Part shown: positions 38,835-48,199 of the stretch, in pieces
Layout of the letters: the number at the start of each line of letters is the position of its first letter
How positions within the stretch are numbered: the first letter of the stretch is position 1
Source: an uncultured Bacilli bacterium
GTDB taxonomy: Bacteria > Bacillota_I > Bacilli_A > RF39 > UBA660
Direction of reading: 5' to 3'
Assembly (NCBI GenBank): GCA_934101595.1
Contig: CAKORR010000003.1
Span: 105,748 to 169,747, forward strand
DNA: 64,000 nt
Program-made: the position numbers and the translations under genes
Notes under the pieces: generated by a model
What the model saw: the letters and a program-made list of their open reading frames with translations, nothing else
Told to the model about the DNA's origin: nothing
Database searches by the model: none

Positions 38835-39137
38835 TTACTTATCAAAAATAGCTGTTAAAATTTCATTTTTTAATTTTTCATCACTGGTGGATGCCAAGAT
38901 ATCCTTTATTCTACCTCTAATGCTTAATATTTTCAACTTATCTTCGTAAAAATTTAATTTTTCAATAGTTGTATTAATGGTTTTATGAATTGCACTTTTA
39001 CTAACATTTTTATTGTTAGCTATCTCCTGTAAACTCAAATCATCAAAATAATAATCGCGAAATACTTCTTGCTCATTGGTTGTCAATAAAGAACCATATA
39101 TATCAAAAAGAGAAGCATTTTTTACATAATCATCCAT
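38835..39137 (-). CDS. ylxM: YlxM / UPF0122 putative DNA-binding protein (SRP-associated)
   Basis: LFDIYGSLLTTNEQEVFRDYYFDDLSLQEIA...SKSAIHKTI...YEDKLKI matches the UPF0122 pattern. Confidence 0.85.
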   Translation of the reverse strand: MDDYVKNASLFDIYGSLLTTNEQEVFRDYYFDDLSLQEIANNKNVSKSAIHKTINTTIEKLNFYEDKLKILSIRGRIKDILASTSDEKLKNEILTAIFDK

Positions 39138-40117
39138 TACATCATATCCTTAAATAAACCATAGATATAGTTTTCTATATCAAAAGGTTCTAAATCATCC
39201 ATTTTTTCACCCAAGCCAATAAATTTAACTGGAATATTAACAGTTTCTTTTATAGCCAAAACTATTCCACCCTTTGCTGTGCCATCTAATTTAGTTAAGA
39301 CTATACCAGTAATATTTGTAATTTCTTTAAAAGCCTCGGCCTGCATAATACCATTTTGACCAGTCGAAGCATCAATAACCAGTAAAGTTTCATGAGGTGC
39401 GCCATCAATTTGATTAGCTATTACTTTATTTATTTTTTCTAGTTCTTTCATTAAATTAACTTTATTTTGAAGTCTTCCGGCAGTGTCAATCAAAACTATA
39501 TCAGCTTTTTCTTCCTTAGCTTTTACAAGGCCATCAAATATAACGCCGGCTGGATCAGTATTTTCTTTTCCAAAAAACAAACTATCTGTTTTAAGAGCCC
39601 ATTCATTTAATTGCGCTACTGCTCCAGCTCTAAAAGTATCACCAGCTATTAACATTACCTTTTTTTTCATATTCTTATATTTATAAGCCAGCTTGCCAAT
39701 TGTCGTAGTTTTACCAACGCCATTAACTCCAACCATTAATATTACTGTAGGGCCATCACTTTGCATATTAATCTTGTCAGTTAAAGATTCTTCGTTAACA
39801 TAAATTAAAAATAGCTCATCTACTATAACTTCTTGTAAGTAATTAGTATCAACTATATTCTCCCTTTTAACTCTGGCTCTTAAACGATCCATGAAAGTTA
39901 CCACAGTATTAACCCCAATGTCTGCTTTAATTAATAACTCTTCTAACTCCTCAAAGTATTCTTCATTAACTTTTGTATATTTAATTCCCAAAACACTAAG
40001 TTTAGAAACAAATTCATTTCTGGTTTTTTTTAATCCTTCATCGTATGTTTTTACCTCTTCAGATTTTTGTTTTTCTTTTTTAGCTACTATATTTTTCAAC
40101 TTATCAAAAAGTCCCAT
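39137..40117 (-). CDS. ftsY: Signal recognition particle receptor FtsY
   Basis: GVNGVGKTTT, DTFRAGA, DTAGR and TKLDGTAKGG motifs. Confidence 0.92.
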   Translation of the reverse strand: MGLFDKLKNIVAKKEKQKSEEVKTYDEGLKKTRNEFVSKLSVLGIKYTKVNEEYFEELEELLIKADIGVNTVVTFMDRLRARVKRENIVDTNYLQEVIVDELFLIYVNEESLTDKINMQSDGPTVILMVGVNGVGKTTTIGKLAYKYKNMKKKVMLIAGDTFRAGAVAQLNEWALKTDSLFFGKENTDPAGVIFDGLVKAKEEKADIVLIDTAGRLQNKVNLMKELEKINKVIANQIDGAPHETLLVIDASTGQNGIMQAEAFKEITNITGIVLTKLDGTAKGGIVLAIKETVNIPVKFIGLGEKMDDLEPFDIENYIYGLFKDMM

Positions 40118-40163
40118 TTTTTCTCACCTACTCAATTATAGCAAAATATTAAAAAAGAAGCAA

Positions 40164-40187
40164 AATTTTGCTTCTTATCTTCTTAAG
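40164..40187 (-). terminator. Terminator after the GGGtGRT gene
   Basis: Minus strand AGAAGCAAAATTTTGCTTCT forms a self-complementary hairpin (8-bp stem AGAAGCAA/TTGCTTCT, loop aatt), followed by a T-run. Confidence 0.6.
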
Positions 40188-40190
40188 AGT

Positions 40191-41189
40191 TTATTTCGTA
40201 CTTTCTTCAATTGCCACTGCGACCTCAACTGTAGCTCCAACCATTGGGTTATTACCCATTCCAATAAGTCCCATCATTTCCACATGAGCCGGTACAGATG
40301 AAGATCCGGCAAATTGAGCATCACTATGCATTCTTCCCATAGTATCTGTCATACCATAACTTGCTGGCCCAGCAGCCATATTATCTGGGTGCAAAGTTCT
40401 ACCAGTTCCTCCACCAGAGGCAACTGAGAAATATTTTTTACCCATTTCTGTACATTCTTTTTTATAAGTACCTGCTACAGGATGTTGAAAACGTGTTGGA
40501 TTAGTAGAATTACCTGTAATGGATACATCTACATTTTCCAAGTGCATTATTGCAACACCTTCTCTTACATCATTAGCACCATAACATCTTACATTTGCTC
40601 TTTCACCATCAGAATACTTAATTTCTTCCAGTACATTTACTTTACCATTAAAGAAATCAAAATCAGTTTTAACATATGTAAATCCATTTATACGTGATAT
40701 TATTTGGGCAGCATCTTTGCCTAAGCCATTTAAAATAACTTTCAATGGAGTCTTTCTTACTTTATTGGCACTTTTGGCAATTCCAATTGCTCCCTCAGCA
40801 GCAGCAAATGATTCATGTCCTGCTAAAAAGGCAAAACATTTAGTTTCCTCACTCAAAAGCATTGATGCCAAATTTCCATGACCAAGTCCAACTTTTCTAT
40901 CATCAGCTACACTACCAGGAATACAAAATGCTTGTAAACCCTCTCCAATTGCTTTAGCTGCTTCAACTGCTTTTGTTCGATTAGATTTGATAGCGATGGC
41001 TGCACCTAAAACATAAGCCCAACATGCATTTTCAAAACATATTGTTTGTATACTTTTAACAATCTCATAGGGATCAAATCCACGATCAGTACATATCTTA
41101 CGAGCCTCTTCAAAATCTTTTATTCCATATTTTTCCATTACTGGTTTGATTTGGGGAATTCTTCTTTCATAATTTTCAAATAAATCCAT
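40191..41189 (-). CDS. GGGtGRT family protein (uncharacterised)
   Basis: Contains the eponymous ASGGGTGRTLHP motif. Start ATG 41189 after GGAGGA. Confidence 0.8.
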   Translation of the reverse strand: MDLFENYERRIPQIKPVMEKYGIKDFEEARKICTDRGFDPYEIVKSIQTICFENACWAYVLGAAIAIKSNRTKAVEAAKAIGEGLQAFCIPGSVADDRKVGLGHGNLASMLLSEETKCFAFLAGHESFAAAEGAIGIAKSANKVRKTPLKVILNGLGKDAAQIISRINGFTYVKTDFDFFNGKVNVLEEIKYSDGERANVRCYGANDVREGVAIMHLENVDVSITGNSTNPTRFQHPVAGTYKKECTEMGKKYFSVASGGGTGRTLHPDNMAAGPASYGMTDTMGRMHSDAQFAGSSSVPAHVEMMGLIGMGNNPMVGATVEVAVAIEESTK

Positions 41190-41197
41190 AAATCCTC

Positions 41198-41887
41198 CTA
41201 CGCACACCTTGGGTCAATTTTTTTCTTTGCTTCATTAAATCTTCCATATGTACCACTGGCAAGTTCAATTGCTTTCATTGGATCAGTGCCTTTTTTTATG
41301 GCATCCATCATTTTACCTATATTAACGTATTTATATCCAATTATTTCATCATTCTCATCTAAGCCTATTTCAACAATATATCCTTCTGCTAATTCTAGAT
41401 ATCTTGGCCCTTTAGCTCTAGTTGAATAAATTGTGCCAACTTGACTTCTTGTCCCTTTGCCTAAATCTTCAAGACCAGCACCAATATTTAAGCCGCCTTC
41501 CGAAAATGCCGATTGACTTCTTCCATAAACAATTTGTAAAAATAATTCTCTCATAGCTGTATTAATAGCATCACAAACCAAGTCCGTGTTTAGCGCTTCA
41601 AGCAATGTTTTACCCACCAATATTTCTCCAGCCATTGCTGCACTGTGTGTCATACCACTACAACCAACTGTTTCCACCAAAGCTTCTTCAATGATGCCAT
41701 TTTTAATATTTAAAGTAAGTTTACAAGCGCCTTGTTGAGGAGCACACCAACCTACTCCATGAGTAAATCCCGAAATATCTTTAATTTCTTTGGCTTTAAT
41801 CCACTTTCCCTCTTCAGGAATCGGAGCTGGGCCATGACTTACACATTTTACAGAACACATATCAAGAACTTCTTTCGTATAATTCAT
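41198..41887 (-). CDS. NifU-N-like / Fe-S scaffold-like protein paired with GGGtGRT
   Basis: N-terminus YTKEVLDMC... and a Cys-containing core (GWCAPQQGACKL, VGCSGMTHSA) resemble the NifU N-terminal fold by eye. Confidence 0.5.
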   Translation of the reverse strand: MNYTKEVLDMCSVKCVSHGPAPIPEEGKWIKAKEIKDISGFTHGVGWCAPQQGACKLTLNIKNGIIEEALVETVGCSGMTHSAAMAGEILVGKTLLEALNTDLVCDAINTAMRELFLQIVYGRSQSAFSEGGLNIGAGLEDLGKGTRSQVGTIYSTRAKGPRYLELAEGYIVEIGLDENDEIIGYKYVNIGKMMDAIKKGTDPMKAIELASGTYGRFNEAKKKIDPRCA

Positions 41888-41912
41888 ATAATCTCCTTCT
41901 ATATCTTTATAA

Positions 41913-42347
41913 CTAAATTATACAATAAAAAAAAGAGAAATTAAATCTCTTTTTTGGACATTTTTTTACTAAAACGACTTCCGTATCAACTTGTTTCTTT
42001 ACTCTAAATTCTAAAGTAATAACATCAGTATAGCTTTCTTCTAAATCGTTATCGCTATCTTTATTTAAATCAAATGTTAAATATATTTCTCCACTTTTAT
42101 TTTTAAAATCATCCTCATTTTTGGTAATGACTTCCAAAACATCTGTATCATAACTTAATTTACCATAGATATGAGCATTTTTATAATAAGTTTGAGCAAA
42201 AACTTTAACATATAACTTATTATATTCGCTATATTCATCCCATTCCATCTTGGTTTGTTCATCTATACCTAGCATGTATGGAACAGAGGCATGAGTACAA
42301 AAAGGCACAGCCAAAAATGTAATTAATACAATTAATATTTTTTTCAT
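41913..42347 (-). CDS. Small secreted hypothetical protein
   Basis: Start moved to MKKILIVLITFLAVPFCTHA (signal peptide). The track N-terminal extension runs through the rubrerythrin terminator. Confidence 0.55.
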   Translation of the reverse strand: MKKILIVLITFLAVPFCTHASVPYMLGIDEQTKMEWDEYSEYNKLYVKVFAQTYYKNAHIYGKLSYDTDVLEVITKNEDDFKNKSGEIYLTFDLNKDSDNDLEESYTDVITLEFRVKKQVDTEVVLVKKCPKKRFNFSFFYCII

Positions 42348-42394
42348 ATACACTTCACTTATTTTAACTATATCATCACAATTGAGTAAGTAAA

Positions 42395-42425
42395 GAAAAA
42401 ACACATGCTTTCGCATATGTTTACG
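42395..42425 (-). terminator. Rubrerythrin terminator, copy 1 of a duplicated hairpin element
   Basis: Minus strand CGTAA-ACATATGC-gaaa-GCATGTGT-TTTTTTC. Shares about 35 of 39 nt with 58147-58184. Confidence 0.65.
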
Positions 42426-42433
42426 TAAACTTA

Positions 42434-42973
42434 TTAATAATTATCAGCTTTTCTTTCGAAGAAACTTTGAGGATGATTACATACTGGACATACTTCTGGA
42501 GCATATTTTCCTATAACTACATGTCCACAATTTCTACATACCCAAATTGTATCTCCTTCACTAGAAAATACTGTTTTACCTTCAATATTTGATATTAATT
42601 TACGATATCTTTCTTCGTGTTCCTTTTCAATTTTAGCAACTTCTTCAAAAAGTTTTGCAATACGTGAAAATCCCTCTTCTTCAGCAGTTTTAGCAAATTC
42701 ACTATACATGTCAGTCCACTCATAGTTTTCACCTTTAGCTGCATCATACAAATTATCTAAAGTATCAGGTATTTTTCCATCATGTAATTCCTTAAACCAC
42801 ATTTTGGCATGTTCACGTTCATTATTTGCTGTTTCTTCAAAAATTGCAGCTATTTGTTCATAACCATCTTTTCTAGCTTTACTTGCAAAATAAGTGTATT
42901 TATTACGAGCTTGACTTTCTCCTGCAAATGCACTCATTAAATTAGCCTCTGTTTTACTTCCTTTTAGTTCCAT
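42434..42973 (-). CDS. rbr: Rubrerythrin
   Basis: Ferritin-like diiron EXXH motifs ([16 protein letters not shown]) plus a C-terminal rubredoxin CRNCGH...CPVCNHP. Confidence 0.9.
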   Translation of the reverse strand: MELKGSKTEANLMSAFAGESQARNKYTYFASKARKDGYEQIAAIFEETANNEREHAKMWFKELHDGKIPDTLDNLYDAAKGENYEWTDMYSEFAKTAEEEGFSRIAKLFEEVAKIEKEHEERYRKLISNIEGKTVFSSEGDTIWVCRNCGHVVIGKYAPEVCPVCNHPQSFFERKADNY

Positions 42974-43038
42974 AAATCCTCCTTCAAATTAATTATTACA
43001 TTTAATAATATATCATATTAATTAAAAAAAGTCTTCAA

Positions 43039-44100
43039 TTAAAGACTTTCTTTTTTACACATTTTTAATTCGCCCATTCTTGATGTTGGTACAAATCCCG
43101 GGATTTCTTTTATTACATCTGGAATCCTATTAACTATAGTTGCACACGTAAGTTTAGCTGTGCTAGGCTTATTTATTATTAAGTTTGTATCAGGTTCACC
43201 AATAATTTGCCAATTATTACAATCAAATTCTTGAGAAGTATATACTTTACCAATGCATTCATTTTCTAAAGTTATGCCTTCTTTCGTTTCGGTAGTTACA
43301 ACCGCACTCATTCCTCGAACATCGCCCTTTTTTAAATTCATTTTTAAAGTATCCGAATACATATCTTCCTCACATAAAACCGGAACACATTTTTGAGTTT
43401 GTCTAATAACTGTTAAACCAAGCTTATCACAAAGCCAACCATTAACATTCCACATGTAACTTGGTAAAAAATCACCTTTATTAATTAAATCTTGTCTTTC
43501 CGCTTCAGAGATGTTATCAACGCTTGCAATATCCTTTATAAATTCATCTTTTGACAAGCCAGCTCCATGTGCTTTAGCTAAAGCAATTCCATAATCTTCT
43601 ACATTATAAGAACTACTTCCTTTAATCTTTTTTACGTGGGCAGATGAACCAACTAGAGTTGTGATTAAATTTCCCCAAAATGCATCTTGGTATCCACTGC
43701 CGGTAATTGTACAATTATTTTCTTTAGCTAATCTATCTATTTCCCTAGTAAGACTAGGATTAGAATTGTAAGAATAGAATGCCTCTTCACAAGTTGTAAT
43801 AGCATTTATGCCTAACTCTGCACAAAGTAAAAGTGCTTCTTTACAATCATTTAATAAACTCATTGTTGTAATTATACATATATCGGGTTTAAGTTTTTTA
43901 AGTAAATCTTTAGAATCTTTTACATCGCTTACCAAAACATTTTTCTTTTCTATATTTAGTAAATCTCCAATATCCTTGCCAATCACGTTAGGATTAACAT
44001 CAATAGCTCCGACGATTTCGCCACCATTTTCTAACACATATCTCATCGTATATAAAGACATTTTTCCGCAACCGTATTGTACTACTTTCACACCATTCAT
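43039..44100 (-). CDS. NAD(P)-binding oxidoreductase, DapB-N-like / amine dehydrogenase (2,4-diaminopentanoate dehydrogenase-like) family
   Basis: N-terminal Rossmann VKVVQYGCGKM. The length and layout resemble the Ord/AmDH family. By-eye assignment only. Confidence 0.45.
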   Translation of the reverse strand: MNGVKVVQYGCGKMSLYTMRYVLENGGEIVGAIDVNPNVIGKDIGDLLNIEKKNVLVSDVKDSKDLLKKLKPDICIITTMSLLNDCKEALLLCAELGINAITTCEEAFYSYNSNPSLTREIDRLAKENNCTITGSGYQDAFWGNLITTLVGSSAHVKKIKGSSSYNVEDYGIALAKAHGAGLSKDEFIKDIASVDNISEAERQDLINKGDFLPSYMWNVNGWLCDKLGLTVIRQTQKCVPVLCEEDMYSDTLKMNLKKGDVRGMSAVVTTETKEGITLENECIGKVYTSQEFDCNNWQIIGEPDTNLIINKPSTAKLTCATIVNRIPDVIKEIPGFVPTSRMGELKMCKKESL

Positions 44101-44166
44101 TCTTTCACCATCCTTATATTTATTATACCACGAGAAAAAAGCTATATTCTAAATATATTTATTTGT

Positions 44167-44553
44167 TTACTTTCTTTTGTCACGTTTCAAAATAATTTCT
44201 TTTTTGCTTATAATATTATCATAATATTCTTTAGAAATTAAAAGCCAAGTAATATTATTTAAAGAATTGTGTAATACTTTTTCTTTACTTATATAGTATT
44301 TGTAATCTCTATCTATATGAGAATATTCCTTTTTTATTGCGTAACCATCTGATAAAAAATGGATAGATCTTGTAATGGCTATAGCAACTTTTTGGTTATG
44401 AAAATGATGATAGTTATAATACTCCAAAACCATATTTTTATCTTTATAGGCTATTAAAAAATTCATAATAATAAGTTCATCATTCTCATTATAATAATAC
44501 CAAGTATGGTATATGCTTTCACCATTATAATGATCGTCAAATTGATTAATCAT
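44167..44553 (-). CDS. Hypothetical protein
   Basis: 128-aa ORF with AGGTGAG RBS. No family recognised. Confidence 0.5.
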   Translation of the reverse strand: MINQFDDHYNGESIYHTWYYYNENDELIIMNFLIAYKDKNMVLEYYNYHHFHNQKVAIAITRSIHFLSDGYAIKKEYSHIDRDYKYYISKEKVLHNSLNNITWLLISKEYYDNIISKKEIILKRDKRK

Positions 44554-44611
44554 ATACTCACCTATTTAATTATACGAACGTAAAAAAAATATAGAGCCGA
44601 AACTCTACATT

Positions 44612-45028
44612 TTAGTCATTTATTTTTACATATTTCTTTTCAGGCAATTTATCTTGTTCTTTTTCTTTAGGAACCTCTAATATTAAAATACCATTTTTAA
44701 ATGATGCTTTAATATTCTCGGCTTCAACATTGTCACCAACATAGAAAGTACGAGAGCATTCGCCAAAATATCTTTCTCTTCTTACATATTTTTCTTCATG
44801 ATCATCTTTCTTTTCATTAGATGTCTTAGCATTTATAGTTAGATAACCATCAGTTACATCAATTTTAATATCATCCTTATTAAAACCAGGTAAATCAATT
44901 TCAATTTGGTAACTGTGTTTTCTCTCTTTAATATCTGTTTTCATCATTTTGTTTTCATTTCTTCCAAAGAATGGATCTTTGAAAATATCATCAAACAAAT
45001 CAAAATTACTTCTTGGTACTAACATCAT
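44612..45028 (-). CDS. Hsp20/alpha-crystallin small heat-shock protein
   Basis: Alpha-crystallin domain (YQIEIDLPGFNKDDIKIDVTDGYLTINAK...FKNGILILEVPK). Start at MMLVPRS, because the track extension covers the promoter region. Confidence 0.85.
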   Translation of the reverse strand: MMLVPRSNFDLFDDIFKDPFFGRNENKMMKTDIKERKHSYQIEIDLPGFNKDDIKIDVTDGYLTINAKTSNEKKDDHEEKYVRRERYFGECSRTFYVGDNVEAENIKASFKNGILILEVPKEKEQDKLPEKKYVKIND

Positions 45029-45120
45029 ATAAACCAGCGTCCTTTCATTTGTGTTTCTAAGTAAGAAACACACATATATAATTTTAATACCTGTAGGGAT
45101 CAACTTTTCCTTACATTATG

Positions 45121-45149
45121 ATAATACCACGTTTCATTAGCACTGTCAA
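45121..45149 (-). promoter_or_regulatory. Promoter of hsp20, overlapped by CIRCE
   Basis: Minus strand TTGACA (45144-45149), 17-nt spacer, TGgTATTAT (-10 at 45121-45126). Confidence 0.6.
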
Positions 45150-45163
45150 TATATAAGTGCTAA
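45137..45163. promoter_or_regulatory. CIRCE operator (HrcA binding site)
   Basis: TTAGCACTG-N9-AAGTGCTAA compared with the consensus TTAGCACTC-N9-GAGTGCTAA. Confidence 0.8.
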
Positions 45164-45186
45164 TTATTTAAATTTTTTTAGTGATT

Positions 45187-45978
45187 TTATTCGACATTTA
45201 CTCCTTTTTCAAACAATTTAATATTAATAATATAATTTACAATAAACAAAGCAAAATAAATAATTGATGACACTAGAATTATTAAATTAAACGTTTCATA
45301 CGTAATAGTATTTGTAGAAGTAAACAAGCTCATAAAATCTTTATTAAATAGTGCAACAAAGTACAAGGATACAAACGAAATAATTTGCAATGCAATATAC
45401 GTTATGAATCCAAATAATACAGAAAAACCAATCTTATTACTATTAAACTTGTGCCCTAAAATAATTCCCGTATAACCAGCTTGTAACATATTTAATATTT
45501 CTAAAAATATAATAATAACAAAGCTTACTACAACTCTTACTACATTTATATTCAATCCTTTTATAATAGGATTCAAAAAATTTTTTAATATTTCTATATT
45601 TTCTTTAGAATAGTATGCAACAAAAATAGTTAAGAAAATCACTAACGCCGTAACAAAAAAGGTTATTACTGAGCATAAAATTTTTGAAGTATACAAAGTT
45701 CTTTTGTTTACTGGTAAAGTGTGAGTCAAATATGATTCATCTTTATAAAAATTATTTGTAAATCTTACCCACAAGCGCATTACATTATTGATTAAAGAAC
45801 TAACCATCATACTAATAGCTGTCCCACTTAATATTTTAGCAATCAAAGTAAGCATAAAAGAATTATCAAAATTAAAAAACAAGCGAGTTAATAAACCAAA
45901 AAATATGGCTAAGCTATAAAAAATAATTAAGAATTTTAAAATGCTTTTCAAATCATACTTTAATAATTTCTTTAACAT
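45187..45978 (-). CDS. ABC-2-like membrane permease of the YtrA-type module
   Basis: 263-aa polytopic membrane protein, overlapping the upstream ATPase gene. Confidence 0.65.
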   Translation of the reverse strand: MLKKLLKYDLKSILKFLIIFYSLAIFFGLLTRLFFNFDNSFMLTLIAKILSGTAISMMVSSLINNVMRLWVRFTNNFYKDESYLTHTLPVNKRTLYTSKILCSVITFFVTALVIFLTIFVAYYSKENIEILKNFLNPIIKGLNINVVRVVVSFVIIIFLEILNMLQAGYTGIILGHKFNSNKIGFSVLFGFITYIALQIISFVSLYFVALFNKDFMSLFTSTNTITYETFNLIILVSSIIYFALFIVNYIINIKLFEKGVNVE

Positions 45979-46667
45979 TTAAACATCCTCCTAAACACTT
46001 CATCTATTGATGAGCTTTCTTTTTCCCTTAGTTCATCAGCATCTGATTGCAATATTATTTTTCCTCTGTCTATGAATATTACCTCATCTAATATTCTTTC
46101 AATATCTTGAATTAAATGTGTAGATATTATGACGCTTGCTCCTTCCGAAAAATTTTTCAAAATAGTATCTAATATATAATCTCTTGTTGCCGGATCTACC
46201 CCACCTAGTGGTTCATCTAAAATATATAGTTCAGCATTTCTACTCATAACTAAGACTAGTTGCAATTTTTCTTGCATACCTTTACTCATTTTTGATATCT
46301 GTTCATTTAAATCTATTTGTAAATCCATAAGCAGTTTAACGGCTTTTTCCTTGTCAAAATTATCATAAAAGTCTTGAAAATAATTAAGAGCCTCCTTAAC
46401 CTTAAGTGATTTATCCAAATATGTTCTTTCTGGCAAATATGATATTATTTTTTTACTATCAACGCCTATTTTCTTACCATTAACTAAGATCTCTCCATCC
46501 GATAACGTTAATAAGTTGTTAATAAGTTTTATAAGGGTTGTTTTTCCCATCCCGTTTTTACCTAAAAGGCCTATTATTTTCCCTCTAGGGATTTTTAGAT
46601 TAATATTATGCAAAATTTTTTTGTTTCCAAACGATTTGCATACGTTTTTACATTCAAGTAATTCCAT
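45972..46667 (-). CDS. ABC transporter ATP-binding protein
   Basis: GKNGMGKTT, MSKGMQEKL and ILDEPLGGVD motifs. Confidence 0.9.
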   Translation of the reverse strand: MELLECKNVCKSFGNKKILHNINLKIPRGKIIGLLGKNGMGKTTLIKLINNLLTLSDGEILVNGKKIGVDSKKIISYLPERTYLDKSLKVKEALNYFQDFYDNFDKEKAVKLLMDLQIDLNEQISKMSKGMQEKLQLVLVMSRNAELYILDEPLGGVDPATRDYILDTILKNFSEGASVIISTHLIQDIERILDEVIFIDRGKIILQSDADELREKESSSIDEVFRRMFKC

Positions 46668-47023
46668 TATTTATCTCCTTTCAAATACTTTAGTGCTTCA
46701 TCTTTTGAGATACCTATTTTCTGCATGTTAAATATGTAATCTTGAGCCAATTTTTTAGCATAGGCATTTTTAATTTCGGTGATTTTACTTATGTCCTTAG
46801 TAACAAAACGTCCGCTAGTGCGCTCCGTATATAAAAGCCCTGCATTTTCTAATTCTACCAATGCCTTTTGCATAGTATTAGGATTGACTTTAGCGACATT
46901 GGCTAGATCTCTAACACTCATTAATTTTTCACCAGGCTTGATTTCCCCCGACACAATATATTTTTTTAATTCATCAACTAACTGAACATATATTGGCAGA
47001 TTATTATCAAAAGAAAAATTCAC
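46667..47023 (-). CDS. GntR-family regulator, YtrA subfamily
   Basis: Short (118 aa) wHTH protein: PIYVQLVDELKKYIVSGEIKPGEKLMSVRDLA...NPNTMQKAL. Confidence 0.85.
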   Translation of the reverse strand: MNFSFDNNLPIYVQLVDELKKYIVSGEIKPGEKLMSVRDLANVAKVNPNTMQKALVELENAGLLYTERTSGRFVTKDISKITEIKNAYAKKLAQDYIFNMQKIGISKDEALKYLKGDK

Positions 47024-47036
47024 AGCACCACCCCTT

Positions 47037-47058
47037 TTGTATTACTTAACTAATACAA
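47037..47058. promoter_or_regulatory. Candidate YtrA-type operator
   Basis: TTGTATTA-cttaac-TAATACAA, 8-bp perfect inverted repeat just upstream of the regulator RBS. Confidence 0.5.
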
Positions 47059-47109
47059 TAATACATCCAAGCTACAATAAAGTCAACAAAAAAATCACTT
47101 TACAGTGAT

Positions 47110-48138
47110 TTAATAATTAAATGGATACTCGCCTTTTTCTTCGGACCATTTATAAAATATTACTCCATAGTATGTTGCTCCACATTCATCAACAATTTTT
47201 TCACATCCATATGAAAATACCGTATCATCTACATTATCAGCAACATAAAAGAAATTATTATTTCCTTCTTTCTTACAGGTTTCTTCGGAATCATAAACAT
47301 AAGTATATTTTTTAGTAAACTTTTTACTTTGACACTTTTTTTCTTCCTTTTTCGGCTCTTCTACGGTTGTTTGTTCATTTTTTTGTTCATTTTTTGATTC
47401 ACTAGCTGTAGGAACAGATACTTTCTTCCACTTTGCTAACAATGTAAGATCACCTGTAACTTTACTATTAAAGTCATATGTTTTACCATCAATTTGCCAC
47501 TCTAAAAATTCGTATCCATCTTTTTTAGGATTCTCAGGCTTTGATACTAAATCATTTTCTAAGACATCTTTTGTTACAAAAACATTATCCTTTTCAGTCA
47601 AAAAAGTAACTTTATAATTTTTCTTCTCATCGCTTTTTATAATTTGAGCTTCGTCTATTTTTTCCACATATTTAATGTCAATTTTTAAATTAGATGTTAT
47701 ATCTTTATCCAAATTAGATTTTATGTTATTTATATTTTCATCACTCAATAACGCCCAGTTTGAAGTAACATTAACTAGATTAACCTTGAAGCCATGTTTA
47801 TTTGCTTCAACAATTAATAATGAAATAACATCATCTATATTTTTACCTTTAACCACAAGATTTCCATATGCTTTTTTGGCATCGTCGTTTAAAAAGTCAA
47901 TTTTAGTAACTTCACTTTTCTTTAATTCACAACTTTCGATGTCATTTCCCCTACAATTATGATAGACATTTGAAATGGTTAATTTTACTAAAGGATTTAT
48001 TTTTACATACGCTAAATAAGTAACCTTTTTATCTTTCACTTCTTTTGTATCTTTATTTCTAAAATTTACAACTCCCAAAACCACACCTAATAGTATAAAT
48101 ACTATAATTATACCTAAAAAAATATTTTTCTTTTTCAT
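47110..48138 (-). CDS. Membrane-anchored surface protein with InlB B-repeat (Flg_new) domain, Cys-rich C-terminus
   Basis: N-terminal TM. GYEFLEWQIDGKTYDFNSKVTGDLTLLAKWKK is the Listeria/Bacteroides-repeat signature. Paralogue of 50479..51870. Confidence 0.7.
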   Translation of the reverse strand: MKKKNIFLGIIIVFILLGVVLGVVNFRNKDTKEVKDKKVTYLAYVKINPLVKLTISNVYHNCRGNDIESCELKKSEVTKIDFLNDDAKKAYGNLVVKGKNIDDVISLLIVEANKHGFKVNLVNVTSNWALLSDENINNIKSNLDKDITSNLKIDIKYVEKIDEAQIIKSDEKKNYKVTFLTEKDNVFVTKDVLENDLVSKPENPKKDGYEFLEWQIDGKTYDFNSKVTGDLTLLAKWKKVSVPTASESKNEQKNEQTTVEEPKKEEKKCQSKKFTKKYTYVYDSEETCKKEGNNNFFYVADNVDDTVFSYGCEKIVDECGATYYGVIFYKWSEEKGEYPFNY

Positions 48139-48199
48139 AACTCCTCCATTTATATAATATCACTAAATTTTAACAAGAACTACCTAATTTGCAAAAAAA

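Noticed and set aside
42348-42416. N-terminal extensions starting MRKH... on ORFs 41913..42416 and 57006..58187.
   Set aside because: Both extensions arise from reading through the duplicated hairpin element, plus the C9 tract in the second case. Downstream ATGs with an RBS (clear AGGAG at the second gene, only weak at the first) and signal/TM sequences are better starts.
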